Shown here: one piece after another, positions 61,501 to 64,000 of the stretch
Numbering within the stretch: position 1 is the first letter of the stretch
Layout: each line of letters begins with the position of its first letter
Source of the DNA: Takakia lepidozioides
Lineage: Eukaryota; Plantae; Bryophyta
DNA length: 64,000 nucleotides
Reading direction: 5' to 3'
Assembly: GCA_030704615.1 (NCBI GenBank)
Contig: CM060732.1
Location: 70,990,001 to 71,054,000, forward strand
Notes under the pieces: model-generated
Databases searched by the model: none
What the model saw: the letters and a program-made list of their open reading frames with translations, nothing else
What the model was told of the DNA's origin: nothing
Made by a program: the position numbers and the translations under genes

Positions 61501-62132
61501 GAACAGTTCGTCCTTCGGTGATAATGAAACCCCCTCCCCCCGCAATTTGGCCTGTGAAACTTGGGACGTCGCTGTCAACAACCGAGATAAGCATGCTGGA
61601 GGAGGGAGGGTTTTGTCTTGCACGATCCCGAGTGGTGCCCTTGTGCACTGTCGGCACAGATGTGCCACAAGCTCCGGCAATGCCTCCACCCGGTGCCGAC
61701 TCCCACCCAACAAAAAGAGATGGAAAAACAGTGCGCCGTGTCGCTTCGGGTGCAGATCACGAATGCAAGATGGAATCGGCTAGAATTTTGCAGGCTCGGG
61801 TGGCTCGTATCACCGAAGTCCCTGCCCCGGGGTATGGACGGATTTACACAGTGCTGTCTATTGGCTCAGTTCTTCATGGCAAAGAATATCAGGTTACCGT
61901 GGGGAATTTCCCTACTTGCACTTGTCCGGATTTTGTAACGATGCGTGAGGGCGCTCTCGGCATGAGAGGGAAGTGGGTCCCCTGCAAGCATCAATATTAC
62001 ATATACCTTGTAATTATGTGTTGCGACGGTAAGAGAGACCAATTCATTCACCAAGCCACACTAGGCTACGGAGAAGTCATCACCCTTCTGCAGCGGGACA
62101 CCTCACGTAGGGCTCCGCCAAATTCTCTTTGA
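58569..62132 (+). CDS. Mutator-like (MULE) DDE transposase with a GCM/WRKY-like Zn domain and a C-terminal SWIM finger; one in-frame TGA
   Basis: ORFs 58569-59312 and 59406-62132 share a frame. Motifs: DGHPW..TSNI..CVGHCKC..CP..C..C..C..GAHEHP; MFDH, FMADSAQA, CLFH, CNLAETVH; CTCPDF..CKH. Probable 129-nt intron at 60591-60719. Confidence 0.8.
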
Positions 62133-62875
62133 ACACATACGAGCCATGCCCACTTCCCATGCTGGTTTCAAGGTTACCGTGTGAAGACTTTGCATTTAGG
62201 ACAAACACATACATTTCGTTCACGGAACCAGGGCAAATGCACATGCCATTCATTGTAAGCGTCTATCTGTGAATTGAAATAGAGTGTGTCAATCATTCTG
62301 AGCTCTATTCTGCCATATTTTCATATTACTCTTTTTGTGCAGGCATTGTAGACATGGTGCATGGTGGCCCCCTTCGTTTTGTCCACGGTAATAGGCCCTC
62401 TTCTTGCAATCCTCGCCTATAGGACCTGCTTCTCCAGCAAATTTGTGCCGCTCACGCTTTGCAGCTACAACGTGAGCTCAGCTCCCAGGCTCACGGGGCT
62501 GGGCTCACGCCGTAGCTACGCTAGCATATATGACTACGGATCTTTACACGTGGTGAAAATATGGATAAAGAATGTCGTGTCATATACTGCCACGTGTTCT
62601 GGTTTGAGCAAGAGTGATGCCACGTGTCATCAAGATTGTTTTCCGAAATAGTTTATATTTTTAATGTTCATATTTTAATTTTTAGTTTTCATTTAATATT
62701 AAAAAGAACAGGGAGATTGCAGCCTTGGATTTTTTTTAATGGTATTATTTTTAATATTATTATTTTAAATGAAAGTGAATTAAATGATTTAAAATCTTCA
62801 TTACATGGTGAAATTCCAACATGAAAACAGAATGGATCCCTCCTGCATACTATCAACCACAATGAGAATGAAAAT

Positions 62876-63776
62876 AGCTCAAACAGTGTGCGTTGGCGCA
62901 CACTGTTTGAGCTGCCCTTATCATTGCCTTTTTCATTTGAGAATGGGCCACATAGGGCATGTCTCTGAGGACCGATGAACACTTATCTGGCAGCTCAAAC
63001 AGTGTGCGTTGCCGCACACTGTTTGAGCACACCTTGTCTTTGTTTTTCCCCTGTGAAATTCGGCAATACAGGGCATGTCTCGGAGGTTAAATCATCACTT
63101 ACATGGCAGCTCAAACAGTGTGCGTCAACGCACACTGTTTGAGCTGCCATGTCATTGCACTTGTCATCTGAAAATTGGCCACATAGGGTTTGAATTAGTG
63201 GTTGAATCATCACTATCCTGGCAGCTCAAACAGTGTGCGTTGGCGCACACTGTTTGAGCTGCCCTTATCATTGCCTTTTTCATTTGAGAATGGGCCACAT
63301 AGGGCATGTCTCTGAGGACCGATGAACACTTATATGGCAGCTCAAACAGTGTGCGTTGCCGCACACTGTTTGAGCACACCTTGTCTTTGTTTTTTCCCTG
63401 TGAAATTCGGTAATACAGGGCATGTCTCGGAGGTTCAATCATCACTTACATGGCAGCTCAAACAGTGTGCGTCAACGCACGCTGTTTGAGCTCGCCATGT
63501 CATTGCACTTGTCATCTGAAAATTGGCCACATAGGGTTTGAATTAGTGGTTGAATCATCATTATCCTGGCAGCTCAAACAGTGTGCGTTGGCGCACACTG
63601 TTTGAGCTACCCTTATCATTGCCTTTTTCATTTGATAATGGGCCACATAGGGCATGTCTCTGAGGACCGATAAACACTTATCTGGTAGCTCAAACAGTGT
63701 TCTTTCAACACTTACGGTTCAATGAACACTTACCTTGCACCTCAAACAGTGTGCGTCAACGCACACTGTTTGAGCT
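62876..63776. repeat. Right palindrome array, reverse complement of the left array
   Basis: About eight full palindromes plus one half; spacers are the reverse complements of those in 56034-57138. Confidence 0.96.
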
Positions 63777-64000
63777 CACCTTTTCTACCACTGATGGCCT
63801 GTTTGCCATGCTCAAACACCCTCGTCTAATGCCTCACTCTTATGTCAATTTGAATGGACAACCCTGCAGGAGAAGATGCAAAGTGTGGCGGAGGAGATCC
63901 CTTCGGGGCTGGGGAAGGATATCATTGTTGATGTTGACGATGAGTTCTATGAAAGCAAAGCCGCTGAGATGCTGGGGGGTCAGAAGGTAAACTCTCAGCT

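Noticed and set aside
56034-63776. CRISPR array (palindromic repeats with spacers)
   Set aside because: Spacers are ~75 bp, homologous to each other and repeat every 347 bp. There are no cas genes and the context is eukaryotic.

Overview
Eukaryotic, transposon-saturated DNA, most likely from a non-seed land plant such as a bryophyte (inferred from the TE lineages and a plant-type DRE2). I see no intact host gene. From left to right: (1) An internally deleted minus-strand Ty3/Gypsy element (B1, 785 to ~13800) whose integrase ends in a PHD finger. It is interrupted by a very young plus-strand chromovirus (A, 1706-8677, TSD CCATG). (2) A 5'-truncated CRE-type LINE, hairpin repeats and gene remnants. 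(3) A second, nearly complete copy of the PHD family (B2, 20185 to ~42900). Its Pol carries a DNMT3-like C5-cytosine methyltransferase domain between protease and RT, giving gag-PR-DNMT-RT-RH-INT-PHD. B2 is split inside RT by a 13.3-kb Phygy/Athila-like Gypsy element (C, 22998-36279, TSD GAATC) that has extra ORFs. (4) An intronless DRE2/anamorsin pseudogene. (5) The left part of a large CACTA element starting at 45265, with a TnpD-like transposase and a TnpA-like gene joined to an FCP1/NIF phosphatase-like domain. (6) A GCM-like/MULE-DDE/SWIM transposase gene flanked by two mutually inverted arrays of 40-bp palindromes. The strongest candidate system is the retrotransposon that encodes both a DNA-methylation writer and a histone reader. 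It also has unusual termini: an 85-bp terminal repeat, an A-B-A...B arrangement and no visible 5' LTR. The palindrome-flanked MULE module is the second candidate. All domain calls come from motif recognition by eye; no database searches were run.
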